Shown: piece by piece, positions 27,174-37,525 of the stretch
Numbering within the stretch: position 1 is the stretch's first letter
Layout: the number at the start of each line of letters is the position of its first letter
Origin: Trueperaceae bacterium
GTDB lineage: Bacteria; Deinococcota; Deinococci; Deinococcales; Trueperaceae
Reading direction: 5' to 3'
Assembly: GCA_034520945.1 (NCBI GenBank)
Contig: JAXHNB010000006.1
Coordinates: forward strand, 256,001 to 320,000
Length of the DNA: 64,000 nucleotides
The notes under the pieces: generated by a model
What the model was told of the DNA's origin: nothing
Seen by the model: only the letters and a program-made list of their open reading frames with translations
Databases searched by the model: none
Program-made: the position numbers and the translations under genes

Positions 27174-27830
27174 ATGCGCCTGCTACTCGTCGAGGACGAG
27201 GACAACCTGGCCGCCGTGCTGCGCGACGGCTTGCGTGCGCACGGCTTCGAACCGTCGTGGGCGGCTAGTATGGACGAAGCCTGGCAGTTGGCGTGGGAGG
27301 CTCCGTTCGATCTGTTCGTCTTGGACGTGATGCTGCCCGAAGGCCCGGAAGCCGGGTTCGAGTTCGCTCGGCAGATCCGCGACAGCGGCTTTCGGCAGCC
27401 GATCCTCTTCCTCACCGCCCGCGACGCTGTGCCGGACAGGGTCGCCGGGCTCGAGATCGGCGACGATTACCTGCCGAAGCCGTTCGCGTTTCCCGAACTG
27501 GTCGCGCGCCTGAAGGCGCTGTACCGCCGCGGCGAGGTGCGGCCCGAGGTGGTCGCCTGGCGCGATGTGACGCTGGTGCCCGAAGAGCGGCAGGTCCGCC
27601 GCAGCGGCGTGCCGGTGAAGCTGACCAAGAAGGAGTACGAGGTGCTGGCACTGCTGATGCAGAACCCCGGCCGCGTCTTCACCCGTCCCGACCTGCTGGA
27701 CCGGATCTGGGGGCTGGGGTTCGACGTCAACTCCAACCTGCTGGACGTGTACGTCAGCAACCTGCGCGGCAAGCTGGGCGAGGAGATCGTCGAAACCGTC
27801 CGCGGCGTCGGGTACAGGTTCCCCGGCTGA
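27174..27830 (+). CDS. OmpR-family response regulator
   Basis: LLVEDE, LDVMLP, DDYLPKPF, VRGVGY. Confidence 0.96.
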   Translation: MRLLLVEDEDNLAAVLRDGLRAHGFEPSWAASMDEAWQLAWEAPFDLFVLDVMLPEGPEAGFEFARQIRDSGFRQPILFLTARDAVPDRVAGLEIGDDYLPKPFAFPELVARLKALYRRGEVRPEVVAWRDVTLVPEERQVRRSGVPVKLTKKEYEVLALLMQNPGRVFTRPDLLDRIWGLGFDVNSNLLDVYVSNLRGKLGEEIVETVRGVGYRFPG

Positions 27831-29125
27831 TGCGCCGACGTTTGGGCCGGTTCGACCTGCGCGCCAAGCTGGCGCTGGTGGCGTTCGGGGTGACGCTGCT
27901 GGGCATCGTGGTGGGGCTGGCGCTCATGTACGTGGCGCTGCTGAACGCGCGATTGGCGGCGATCGACAATGAGGGACGCCTGCTTGCGAACGTGATCCTG
28001 GGGGGCGCGACCCTGCGCGAAGACGAAGCGGTGCGCGTCCCGCAGGTGGTGGAGAGCTACCTGACCGACCTGGGGGGCGTCAGCGTCGCGCACGTGTACG
28101 TCGACGGCACGCTGGTGTGGGAGGGCGGCGTGGTGGATGCGCCGCGCCCGCTGGACCCCGGGCACCTCCTGGTCGGTGGCGGCAGCCGTAGCGTCGAGGA
28201 ATGGCGCGTATTCACAGCCCGCGATGAGGATGCGGGCGTGGTGGTGCAGGTCGGACAACCGTTGCAGGCGGTGCGAAGCGTGCTACGTCCCTACGCCTCG
28301 ATCTCGGTCGGGGTGACGTTGCTGGTGGCGGTGCTGTCAGGGTGGCTGGCCTGGTCCAGCGTCGGGGTGGCGTTGCGGCCGTTGCGACGCCTGTCGGAGG
28401 CGGTGGAGGGGTTCGGGTCGACGACGACCGTGCCCGCCCTTCCGGGGCGGGACGAACCGGCCCGTTTGGCCCGAACCTTCACCTCACTCTTGGAGCGGTT
28501 GCGCCGGGAACGCGAGCGCGAACAGACCTTCCTCGCCTACGCCGCGCACGAGCTTCGCACACCCGTCACGGCCCTGCGCTCCGGCCTCGAGGCGTTGCAC
28601 GCCGGGCGCCTGGACCCCGACCGGGAGATGTTCGGACGCCTGTTCCGCGAGGCGGTCCGGCTGGAGACCCTGGCGCAGAACCTGCTGGTGCTGTCCCGCG
28701 CTGCCGCCCGCGACACGCGGGAGGCCCCCCTCGATCTGGAGGAGTTGGCGTCGGAGGCGTACGACCGGTTCCAACCGCTGGCCTCGGAACGGGGTCTGTC
28801 GCTGAATCTCGACACCGCAGCGGTGACGCTGCGCGGCGACGTCCGGTTGTTGACGCAGGCGCTCGACAACCTGATCGACAATGCGTTCCGAGCCGCCGGC
28901 CGTGGTCGGGTCACGCTGCGCAGCGGCGTTCTGGACGGAGAACCGTTCCTGGAGGTGGCCGACAGCGGTCCGGGTCCTCCCGACCCCGTACGCGACGGCT
29001 TGGGGTTGCGGGTGGTGCGGAACGTCGCGCGGGCGCACGACGCCCGCTTCGAGCTCACGAACGACGGCGGGGCGCGCGCCCGGATCACGTTCCCCGCGCC
29101 CGACGCGCAGGGGACGTCCGCCTAG
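27830..29125 (+). CDS. Membrane sensor histidine kinase
   Basis: 2 TM + HAMP, AAHELRTP, NLIDNA, DSGPG, GLGL. Confidence 0.93.
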   Translation: MRRRLGRFDLRAKLALVAFGVTLLGIVVGLALMYVALLNARLAAIDNEGRLLANVILGGATLREDEAVRVPQVVESYLTDLGGVSVAHVYVDGTLVWEGGVVDAPRPLDPGHLLVGGGSRSVEEWRVFTARDEDAGVVVQVGQPLQAVRSVLRPYASISVGVTLLVAVLSGWLAWSSVGVALRPLRRLSEAVEGFGSTTTVPALPGRDEPARLARTFTSLLERLRREREREQTFLAYAAHELRTPVTALRSGLEALHAGRLDPDREMFGRLFREAVRLETLAQNLLVLSRAAARDTREAPLDLEELASEAYDRFQPLASERGLSLNLDTAAVTLRGDVRLLTQALDNLIDNAFRAAGRGRVTLRSGVLDGEPFLEVADSGPGPPDPVRDGLGLRVVRNVARAHDARFELTNDGGARARITFPAPDAQGTSA

Positions 29126-30408
29126 GAGGGGTCCCTGGCGTGGTGCCTCCGGTGCGGCGGCGACGCGAACACGAAGAACAGCGACGCGGTGGCCACCATG
29201 CCGGCCAGCACCGTGAACGCCAACCGGTAGTCGCCCAGCGCATCGGCCAGCGCGCCGGCCAGCAGCGGCCCGACCATCTGCCCGACCATGACGAACGAGA
29301 AGCTGATTCCCATGATGGTCGCGAACGAGCCCCGACCGAAGTAGTCCGCGCGGAGGGCCTGCATGATGGGGCCCCGCGTGCCCCATGCCAGGCCGTGCAC
29401 CACGGCGAAAAACCATACCCAGGCCATGTTCGTCGCGAACGCCACGGCCAGCAGCGCCACCGCGTGCGCCAGCATCGCGGCGGTGGCGATGGTGCGTTTG
29501 GGGAAGCGGTCGCCCAGGAAGCCGCCCAGCAGCTGGCCCACCATGGTGGCGCCGGTCATCAACGCCACCACCAGCGCCGCGGTCTGAATGGTGTAGCCCA
29601 GCCCTTCGTTCAGGTGCACGACCAGGTGGACGGTCACGGCCGCGACGAGCGTCACCGCCAGCGAATGCCCGGCCGTGATGAACCAGAACGCCCGCGTGCG
29701 CAGCGCCTCTCGGGCGCGGAAGTCGGGTTCGGCGGCCTCGTGGGCACGGGCCTTGGCCGCTGCGGCCTCATCGTCCGGCGGCGGGTCGCCGTCCGGTCTC
29801 AGCCCGTACGCTTCGGGGCTGCTGCGCATCAGGCCGCTGAGCGGCAGGCCCGCCACCAGCACGGCGGCGGCAGAGATCAGGGCCGTGGCGCGCCACCCCT
29901 GGGTGGTGAGCAGCCACGCGACCAGGGGGACGGCCAACCCACCGACGCTGATGCCGAGCTGCATCAACGCCAGCGCCGAGGAACGGCGTCGCTCGAACCA
30001 GTTCACGATGGTGGTGGTGAGGGACAGGAACCCGCTGAGCCCGACGCCCAACGCGACCACCAGGAACGACAGGTAGAACTGGAGCTGCGTCTCGAACCGG
30101 CTCAACAACGCCAGACCGAGCGCCAGCACCACCAGGCCCACGCGGATCACCAGCTTCGGTCCCAGCCGCTTCAGCAGCCAGCCCTGCATGGGGCTCAGGA
30201 TCGCCATCACCCCCCGCTGGAGGGCGAACGCCCATGCGAAGGCGGTTTTGCTCCACCCGAACTCGGCCTGCCACACCGCGACGTAGGTTCCGTACGCCTG
30301 CATCACCAGGCCCGCCACCAGGATCTGAATCCCGATGGTGCCGGCCACGATCCACCACCCGAAGTAGGCGTGGCTGGCCCCGACCCGCAACCTGTGCAGC
30401 GTGTTCAA
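29122..30408 (-). CDS. MFS transporter (OFA-like)
   Basis: YFGWWIV, NWFERRR, GDRFPKR, ADYFGR. Confidence 0.9.
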   Translation of the reverse strand: MNTLHRLRVGASHAYFGWWIVAGTIGIQILVAGLVMQAYGTYVAVWQAEFGWSKTAFAWAFALQRGVMAILSPMQGWLLKRLGPKLVIRVGLVVLALGLALLSRFETQLQFYLSFLVVALGVGLSGFLSLTTTIVNWFERRRSSALALMQLGISVGGLAVPLVAWLLTTQGWRATALISAAAVLVAGLPLSGLMRSSPEAYGLRPDGDPPPDDEAAAAKARAHEAAEPDFRAREALRTRAFWFITAGHSLAVTLVAAVTVHLVVHLNEGLGYTIQTAALVVALMTGATMVGQLLGGFLGDRFPKRTIATAAMLAHAVALLAVAFATNMAWVWFFAVVHGLAWGTRGPIMQALRADYFGRGSFATIMGISFSFVMVGQMVGPLLAGALADALGDYRLAFTVLAGMVATASLFFVFASPPHRRHHARDPS

Positions 30409-30740
30409 CGGACCTCGCTTTCGTGCACCATCAAGGCGGCGTACCCGACGGGGTCGGGCGGCGGCAAGACGTCAGTGTACCCCCAGAACGTCGCTGCGCG
30501 GGCCGCGGGGTTCTCGTCCAGGAACGCCTGATTGGCGGTCACGCGAATGTCGTTGGCGCTGAAGCCGAGCCTCACGGGGTCGGTGACGGCGAGGTAGAAG
30601 ATGGGCGGCGCCAGCGTACGGGCGGGTTGGGCGAAGGCCGCGGATGCGACGTACAAGAAAACGGCCCGACCTGCGAGGCCCCCCAGGCGTGACGCCCGAG
30701 CGGTGCGATGACGCATCAACCGATTCATGGGCATGGACAT
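30405..30740 (-). pseudogene. Internally deleted relic of a ProX-type glycine-betaine binding protein
   Basis: Signal-like AFAQPAR, then LAPPIFYLAV, then TDPVRLGFSANDIRVTANQAFLDENPAA; these segments normally lie far apart in ProX. Confidence 0.55.
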
Positions 30741-31024
30741 GCGAAACTCTTCCTCGCCCAAAGCCAGCATGGGTGCGAAGGGGGGCGGACGTAGACATGA
30801 TGTCTGCATGTGGGGTAGGCGCCGTGTCATCCCGGTCGTCCCTGGCGGGGCGGCTTGTGGTAATGAGTCGGTGGGGCGCCCCCGCGCGTGCAGGGGGGAG
30901 TAGGCGTGCACGGGGGAAGTCGTTGCGTACGGACCGGGCAAGCTGGACGGCCCCACGCCCTGGCCGTTGCCCGTACAATGGCGGCACGCCGCCCGCGCTA
31001 CGTGACCCGCGAGAGGAGCCGCCG

Positions 31025-31468
31025 ATGGAGGCCAGCAAGTCGGTTCGCCAGTTGTTGACGGACAAGGGGGGCGAGGTCCGAACCATCGCCCCGGACGCCA
31101 CCGTGTTCGAGGCACTCGAGAAGATGGCAGCGCACGACATCGGAGCCCTGATCGTGAGCGAGGGCAGCCGCGTGGTCGGCATCTTCTCCGAGCGCGACTA
31201 CGCGCGCAAGGTCATCCTGCACGGCAAAGCGTCGCGCGACACGCCCGTCCGCGACATCATGACGTCCCGCTTGATCGACGTGACGCCGGAAAAGCGCATG
31301 GAGGACTGCATGCGCCTGATGACGGAGCATCGCATCCGCCACCTCCCGGTGATGGACGACGGACGCCTGGTCGGCGTGGTCTCGATCGGCGACGTCGTCA
31401 AGGCGGTGATGGCCGAGCAGCGGTTCCTGATCGAACAGCTGGAGAGCTACATTCGCGGTGCGAGGTAG
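31025..31468 (+). CDS. CBS-domain protein
   Basis: GIFSERDYARKV, RIRHLPV, SIGDVVK. Confidence 0.95.
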   Translation: MEASKSVRQLLTDKGGEVRTIAPDATVFEALEKMAAHDIGALIVSEGSRVVGIFSERDYARKVILHGKASRDTPVRDIMTSRLIDVTPEKRMEDCMRLMTEHRIRHLPVMDDGRLVGVVSIGDVVKAVMAEQRFLIEQLESYIRGAR

Positions 31469-31543
31469 GTCGGCAGGGCCGGCGCTGTGGCCCGCGCTGC
31501 GCGAAGGCGCCGCCGCCTTGCCGCACAGGAGAGGAGCGATGAG

Positions 31544-32410
31544 ATGAGCGACCCGAACGCCTCGGCCAGCGGCACGTTCGCCATCGGGGGCGATCTCGAG
31601 GTTCATCGCCTGGGCTTCGGGGCGATGCGCGTCACCGGCCCCGGTATCTGGGGGCCGCCCGAGGACCCGGCCGAGGCGCGGCGCGTCCTGGCGCGCCTGC
31701 CGGAGCTCGGCGCGAACCTGGTGGACACGGCCGACGCCTACGGCCCGTTCGTGAGCGAGGACCTGATCCGCGAGGTGCTGCATCCCTATCCCGGCACCGT
31801 GATCGCCACCAAGGGCGGCCTGACGCGCCACGGGCCGGACGTCTGGAAGCCCGTCGGCCGGCCGGAGTACCTGCGGCAGTGCGTGTTGATGAGCCTGCGC
31901 CGCCTCAACGTGGACCGCATCGATCTGTGGCAGCTGCACCGCATCGATCCCGCCGTGCCGCGCGACGAGCAGTTCGACCTGCTCCGCGCCGTCCAGGACG
32001 AAGGATTGGTACGCCACGTCGGGCTGAGCGAGGTGAGCGTCGAAGAGATCGAGGCGGCCCGGCAGTGGGTCGAGATCGCCACGGTGCAGAACCTGTACAA
32101 CCTCACCCGCCGCGACAGCGAGGCGGTCTTGGAGTACTGCGAGGCGCACGGCATCGGGTTCATCCCCTGGTTCCCCCTGGCGGCGGGCCGACTGGCGGAA
32201 CCGGGCGGCGCGGTGGACGAGGTGGCGGCGCGGCTCGACGTCGGTCACGCGCAGGTCGCGCTGGCGTGGTTGCTGAAGCGCAGCCCGGTGATGCTCCCGA
32301 TCCCCGGCACGGGTCGGGTGGCGCACCTGGAGCAGAACGTCGCCGCCGCCGAGGTGGCGCTGAGCGACGAAGATTTCGCGTCGTTGGACAAGGCCGCGCG
32401 GGCCGCCTGA
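31544..32410 (+). CDS. Aldo/keto reductase
   Basis: [32 protein letters not shown]. Confidence 0.95.
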   Translation: MSDPNASASGTFAIGGDLEVHRLGFGAMRVTGPGIWGPPEDPAEARRVLARLPELGANLVDTADAYGPFVSEDLIREVLHPYPGTVIATKGGLTRHGPDVWKPVGRPEYLRQCVLMSLRRLNVDRIDLWQLHRIDPAVPRDEQFDLLRAVQDEGLVRHVGLSEVSVEEIEAARQWVEIATVQNLYNLTRRDSEAVLEYCEAHGIGFIPWFPLAAGRLAEPGGAVDEVAARLDVGHAQVALAWLLKRSPVMLPIPGTGRVAHLEQNVAAAEVALSDEDFASLDKAARAA

Positions 32411-32533
32411 GGGCGGCCGCGTGGTTCGGGCGGTCCATGGGGGGCGCCCCGCCCGCGTGCAACAATGAACGTGTCGATCGCCCGTCGAGCTCCCACCCTG
32501 CGTGGGACGCATCTAGCAGAAAGGGGACACCGC

Positions 32534-34396
32534 ATGCCAAGACTTCGCGCCCTGCTTCTCGCGCTGGCCGCCTTGTCGGTCGCTGCGTTCGCAGCGGCAC
32601 AGGAGGCCTCCTACACGCTTCAGGTCATCCACGCCTCCGACAACGAGTCCGCCTTCCAGGACCCGAACACGCTGGAGGAACGCGTCCTCGGCTACGCCAG
32701 CGTCATCGAAGGCCTGCGCGAGCTGTCCTCCGACGGCTCGATCTACGTGACGGCCGGCGACCACACGCTGCCGGGCCCGTTCTACGCCGCCGCCGAGCAG
32801 GTGGACGCGCTCGGTGCGCCCGGCCTGGGCGACATCGCCCTGTTCAACGGCATGGGCCTGGACGCCAACGGCATCGGCAACCACGAGTTCGACGGCGGGT
32901 TGGACGACTTCGCCCGCATGCTGGCCCATGCGGAGTACCCGTTCATCGCGGTCAACCTGGACTTCTCGGACGCTGAGACCGGCGAGGACGTGCCGCCCAT
33001 CGAAATGGGCACCGACGGTGCCAGCGTGGAGGAGAACGCCGGCAAGATCGTGCGCAGCGCCTACGTCGAGGTCGGTGGCGAACGCATCGGCCTGATCGGA
33101 CGGGCGCCGGCCGACTTCTTCAACGTCATCGAGGACCCCGACGAGACCATGCCCGGCGTCGACTTCTACGGCGGCCGCGATCCCGAGAACAACCAGCCGC
33201 TCGAGTCCGCCGTGCCGAAGGTGCTGGAGCAGGTCGACCTGCTGCAGCGGCAGGGCATCGACAAGATCGTGCTGTTGGACCACGCGCAGGACTTCACGGC
33301 CGATCCCCTCGGGACCGAGGCGCTGTACGGCATCGACGTGATCGTGCAGGCCGGCGCCACCGGCTTCATGGCGCGGCCCGAAGCGGAGGGCCCCTTCAAC
33401 CTGCTGCGCGAGGGCGACGAGGCCCAGACGATCTACCCGACGTTGCGGCTGGACCGTGACGGTGGGCTGGTGGCGGTGGTGAACAGCGACCAGCTGTACC
33501 GGTACGTGGGTCAGTTGCGGATCGGGTTCGACGATCAGGGGCGCATCGTGCACGTCGATCGTCGCAGCGGCCCGATCGCGTCCTCGCCCGAAGGCGTCTC
33601 CGCGTTGGAGGCCTACCTCGAGCAGGACCTGGCGCCGCCGCGGGCGGTGACGCGTACCTTCGAGGCCCTGCAAGACACCGACATCATCCAAGAGGCGTTC
33701 GAGGTGGTGGGCACCACCGAGGTCGCACTGAACGGCGAACGCGTGAACGTGCGCGGGCGCGCTACCAACCTCGGGCGGTTGGCCTCCGACTCCACCCTGT
33801 GGTACGCGCGTCGGGCGTTCGAGGATCGTGACGTCGACCTGGCGCTGAAGAACGGCGGCGGCATTCGCGCCAGCATCACCGGCCCCAACGTCACCCGCTT
33901 GGCGATCAACACCGCGTTGGCGTTCAACAATCAGATCTCGGTGGTCGAACTGAGCGCCACCGAACTGCTGGCCACCATGGAGAACGCCGTCAGTCGCGTT
34001 CCGGCCGCCGACGGCCGCTTCCCGCAGCTGGCCGGCGCGCACCTCGTCTACGATCCCGATCGGCCCGGCGTGTCCGACGAACCGTCGATGGATACCCCGT
34101 CGCGCGTGCGGACGCTCCGCATCGTCGACGACGGCGAGGTGGTCGACACCGTCGTCGAAGACGGACGGTTGCAGGGCGACCCGGACCGGACCTTCGAGTT
34201 GGCGACCAACAGCTTCCTGGCCACTGGCGGCGACGGCTACGCCAGCTTGGCCGCCGCGGCGGAGGCGCGCCCGTCCGTGATCACGGACATCGGCGAACAA
34301 GAGGTGCTGGTCGAATACCTGCAGGAGGTGCTGGACGGCAACGTGAACCTGCCCGATCCGCCCGAGAACCCGAGGGTCGCGCCCGTCGGCGAGTAG
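32534..34396 (+). CDS. Secreted 5'-nucleotidase/metallophosphatase
   Basis: Signal peptide; HASDNE, AGD, GNHEFD, NGGGIRASI, GRFPQ, GGDGY. Confidence 0.92.
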   Translation: MPRLRALLLALAALSVAAFAAAQEASYTLQVIHASDNESAFQDPNTLEERVLGYASVIEGLRELSSDGSIYVTAGDHTLPGPFYAAAEQVDALGAPGLGDIALFNGMGLDANGIGNHEFDGGLDDFARMLAHAEYPFIAVNLDFSDAETGEDVPPIEMGTDGASVEENAGKIVRSAYVEVGGERIGLIGRAPADFFNVIEDPDETMPGVDFYGGRDPENNQPLESAVPKVLEQVDLLQRQGIDKIVLLDHAQDFTADPLGTEALYGIDVIVQAGATGFMARPEAEGPFNLLREGDEAQTIYPTLRLDRDGGLVAVVNSDQLYRYVGQLRIGFDDQGRIVHVDRRSGPIASSPEGVSALEAYLEQDLAPPRAVTRTFEALQDTDIIQEAFEVVGTTEVALNGERVNVRGRATNLGRLASDSTLWYARRAFEDRDVDLALKNGGGIRASITGPNVTRLAINTALAFNNQISVVELSATELLATMENAVSRVPAADGRFPQLAGAHLVYDPDRPGVSDEPSMDTPSRVRTLRIVDDGEVVDTVVEDGRLQGDPDRTFELATNSFLATGGDGYASLAAAAEARPSVITDIGEQEVLVEYLQEVLDGNVNLPDPPENPRVAPVGE

Positions 34397-34441
34397 GTTC
34401 GGCTTCGTCCGACGCCGGTCACGGGTCTTCCCTCACCGGTC

Positions 34442-34476
34442 ACGGGCCGTGGCGCGCACTGCGCGCCACGGCCCGT
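34442..34476. terminator. 16-bp-stem hairpin between convergent genes
   Basis: acgggccgtggcgcgc-act-gcgcgccacggcccgt. Confidence 0.65.
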
Positions 34477-34555
34477 TCCGTGATCTTGGCTTGACCGTCG
34501 TTCTGGCCCGTGAAGGGGAGGAACGGGTCGCAGCCGGCGAACAGGGTGTCGTGGG

Positions 34556-35740
34556 CTACCGCGTGCCCTCGTCACGCTCCGGCGACCGTACGGAACCCCC
34601 GTTCACCGTTACGCGCGCGGGCGTCGGGCCGAGAGGTTCGTCGTACGCCAACGGGCCATTCCACGCGCCCAGGCCACCTCGAAGGAACGTCAGTCCTGTC
34701 ACGCCGGCCCGATGCAGGACATCGACGGCCGCAATGCTCCTCGGTCCGCGTGAGCAGTAGACGAGGTAGCGAGGCGCGTCCGGGAGCGCCAGAGCGGCAT
34801 GTTCGTCGAGGGTGGACAAGGGCCGGCACAGGGCGCCGGGAATGTGTCCGCGAACGTACTCCTCTTCTTCGCGCACGTCCACGAGAACCACGTCGCTCGA
34901 GGCCTCGACGGCGGCAGCGTCGAGGCCTGGCGCCGTAGCGCATTCCGCCTCGGGTAGGTGGACGGGGTCCGGCGTTCCGGCACAGGTGCCGCATCCTTCG
35001 CGCGGGTGGATGGTCAGCTGACGTGAACTCATGTCCCTGGCGTCTAGGACCCAGAGCTTGCCGACCAGGCTTCGCAGGCCCGTGGATCGACCCTCACCCG
35101 CAAGAAGCTTGACCGCCTCCGCAGCTTGGATGGTGCCCACCATGCCGACCAAGGGCCCCAAGACGCCTGCTTCCGCGCAATTCGGTACCCATTCGCTCGG
35201 CGGCTGAGGGTAGATGCAGCGAAAGCAGGGACCCACCCGCGCGTCGAAGACGCTGACCATGCCTTCCATCCCGATGACCGAGCCGTACACCAGCGGGCGT
35301 CCGTGCTTCGCGGTGACGTCGGCCAGCAGGAACTTGGTGGCGAAGTTGTCGCTGCCGTCGAGGATCACGTCGTGCGCGGCGATCAGCTGGTCGGCGTCGT
35401 CCGCGTCCAAGCGGCCTTCGATGCCGACGACCTCGATGTCGGGATTCAGTCCGCGAAGGTGCTGAGCCGCGGCGACGGCCTTGGGCGCCCCAACGTCACG
35501 CTCTTCGTACAGCACCTGCCGGTGCAGGTTGCTGCGGTCGACCCGGTCGGCGTCGATGATGGTGATTCTGCCGACGCCTGCGCCCGCGAGGTAGGGCAGG
35601 GCCGCGGAAGCCAAGCCTCCGGCGCCGACGCACAACAGGCTGGCTCTGCGCAGGCGCTCCTGGCCTTCCTCTCCGATTTCGGGCACCAACATCTGGCGGC
35701 CGTAGCGTTCCATGTTCGTCACCCTGCCCCCCTTGGTCAT
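34556..35740 (-). CDS. moeB: Molybdopterin-synthase adenylyltransferase with rhodanese domain
   Basis: RYGRQ, GAGGLA, SNLHRQ, PCFRC, CAEAGVLG; DVRE..GHIPGA, YCSRGPRS. Confidence 0.9.
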   Translation of the reverse strand: MTKGGRVTNMERYGRQMLVPEIGEEGQERLRRASLLCVGAGGLASAALPYLAGAGVGRITIIDADRVDRSNLHRQVLYEERDVGAPKAVAAAQHLRGLNPDIEVVGIEGRLDADDADQLIAAHDVILDGSDNFATKFLLADVTAKHGRPLVYGSVIGMEGMVSVFDARVGPCFRCIYPQPPSEWVPNCAEAGVLGPLVGMVGTIQAAEAVKLLAGEGRSTGLRSLVGKLWVLDARDMSSRQLTIHPREGCGTCAGTPDPVHLPEAECATAPGLDAAAVEASSDVVLVDVREEEEYVRGHIPGALCRPLSTLDEHAALALPDAPRYLVYCSRGPRSIAAVDVLHRAGVTGLTFLRGGLGAWNGPLAYDEPLGPTPARVTVNGGSVRSPERDEGTR

Positions 35741-35803
35741 CCGATCGATGCGGTCGTCTGGTCGCAGTCGCGCATGAAGCGCTCGGACACGCACGATCTG
35801 GGC

Positions 35804-36241
35804 TCAGGCATGAGGGGCCAGCACATGCCCTTCGATCCACTCGCTGTCCCCGTCCACGTAGTGCTCCTGCTTCCAGACCGGAGCGCGGCGTTTCATCTGC
35901 TCCACCAGGTACCGGCAGGCGCGGAACGAATGATCGCGATGACGCGAGCTGACCGCTGCGATGACGCTGGCCTCGCCGACGCTCAGCCGGCCCTTGCGGT
36001 GGGCGAGCCAGACGCGCACGCCCTCCCATTCAGCCGCCGCTTCGTCGCAGATCTCCGTGAAGACGCGGCGGCACAGCGCGTCGTGCACGTCGTAGCTGAC
36101 GGCCTGAACGCTGCGACCGTCATTGATGTCGCGTACGCGTCCGATGAAGAGGTCGGCCGCGCCATGATCCGGAGCGCTGCAGTGGGCCAGCGCCTCCTCG
36201 ACCGACAACGGCCGGTCGCTGGTATCGACGTGGATGCTCAC
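35804..36241 (-). CDS. moaE: Molybdopterin synthase catalytic subunit
   Basis: FIGRVRD, HRKGRL.VGE, SSRHR, PVWKQEHY. Confidence 0.93.
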   Translation of the reverse strand: MSIHVDTSDRPLSVEEALAHCSAPDHGAADLFIGRVRDINDGRSVQAVSYDVHDALCRRVFTEICDEAAAEWEGVRVWLAHRKGRLSVGEASVIAAVSSRHRDHSFRACRYLVEQMKRRAPVWKQEHYVDGDSEWIEGHVLAPHA

Positions 36242-36266
36242 GGGTCGGCCCCCCTTTGCGCGTCGT

Positions 36267-36524
36267 TCAACCGCCGCAGACGGGCGGGAGGATGGCGAGT
36301 TCCGGGCCGGACGGCACCGCGTCGGCATCGTTCAGCACGCGGTCGTCGGTCGCGAAGGCGGAGGCGCGGAGGAGGGAGTGCACGTTGTCCCCTTCGAGTC
36401 GAGCTCCGATCGCTGCGCGTACGTCCGCGACGGTGGCGTCCTCGGCCACATCCACGCGGAGGGTGGGCTCGGCACCGAACTGGCGGAAGGCCCCGAACAG
36501 CTGGACATCGACGGTTCGCATCAT
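36267..36524 (-). CDS. moaD: Sulfur carrier subunit
   Basis: Ubiquitin-like; C-terminal LPPVCGG. Confidence 0.92.
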   Translation of the reverse strand: MMRTVDVQLFGAFRQFGAEPTLRVDVAEDATVADVRAAIGARLEGDNVHSLLRASAFATDDRVLNDADAVPSGPELAILPPVCGG

Positions 36525-36633
36525 CGAAAACGACTCCTTTCGCGGACGACTGCGTTTGCGATCACGTCGTCTTGGCGAGGGTAGACGGTGTAGGGTCCCG
36601 CGCCCGTCGTCTGCAGGGGGCCGGCCGAGCCGG

Positions 36634-37119
36634 TCACCGGAAGCGCTCCGGTAACGGCGGGAGGCCGTCCGGATGCACCCAGGTGCCCGACGTACCGCCC
36701 TCTTTCTTCAGAAGCCGCACGCCGCCGATTCCCAGCGCGGCCTCGATCGGCTTGGACAGGTCCCAGATCGTCAGCAACGCCAGGTTCACGCCCGCCAACG
36801 CCTCCATCTCCACACCGGTCCGGCCCGACGTAACCACCTGGCAGAAGACGGTCACGGCCAAGGCCTCATCGTCCGGATCGAACGCCAACGCCACCTGGTC
36901 CAGGCCGAGCGGATGACACAGGGGGATCAACTGATCCACCTTCTTGGCGGCGAGAATACCGGCCACTTCGGCCAAGCTCAGGGCGTCTCCCTTCGGCAGC
37001 TTGCCGTCGCGAACGAGCGGGTACGCGCCTTGTCCCAGGTCGATACGTCCGCATGCGAGGGCGCGCCGGCGGGTGACCGCCTTGCCGCCCACGTCGATCA
37101 TCGTGTAGCCAGAGGCCAT
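36634..37119 (-). CDS. moaC: Cyclic pyranopterin monophosphate synthase
   Basis: MIDVGGK, KGD, LIPLCHP, TGVEMEAL, KEGG. Confidence 0.95.
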   Translation of the reverse strand: MASGYTMIDVGGKAVTRRRALACGRIDLGQGAYPLVRDGKLPKGDALSLAEVAGILAAKKVDQLIPLCHPLGLDQVALAFDPDDEALAVTVFCQVVTSGRTGVEMEALAGVNLALLTIWDLSKPIEAALGIGGVRLLKKEGGTSGTWVHPDGLPPLPERFR

Positions 37120-37525
37120 ATCTACCCTACCCTCCCGCGATGCGGAGCGTGCGAATGTCGAGGTCCGCGAAGCCTCGGACCCGCCGCCGGATCTCGGCGC
37201 GGCCTCGACGCCGAGCATGGCACCCACGGCCGACCCGTCCGCCCCTGTCCGAGCCTTCTTCAACGGATCGCTCGCCTCATTGAACGACATGTTCGCATTT
37301 CGTCCCGTCATGGGTGCCCTCGGGGCACCAAATGCCGTCGTACCGCGCCTGGCCGATGTCCAACGGCAGCAGTATGGAGCCCGGGATCGCGCGCGGGGTG
37401 GTGGCGTGGTCGGCCGTCAGGCCAGAACTGCGGTCGGCGCGGAACGCTGGCGATACGCTACGCCCGTGGGTGAGGGACGGCGCAGAGACGATCGTACTCC
37501 GCGTTCGGCCCCTGCACGAGACTCG

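Noticed and set aside
34414..34446. Direct repeat ccggtcacggg x2 as CRISPR or att site
   Set aside because: Only two 11-bp copies; no array, cas or integrase.
37120..37330. Moco riboswitch upstream of moaC
   Set aside because: Hairpins present but the conserved Moco motif elements were not recognisable.
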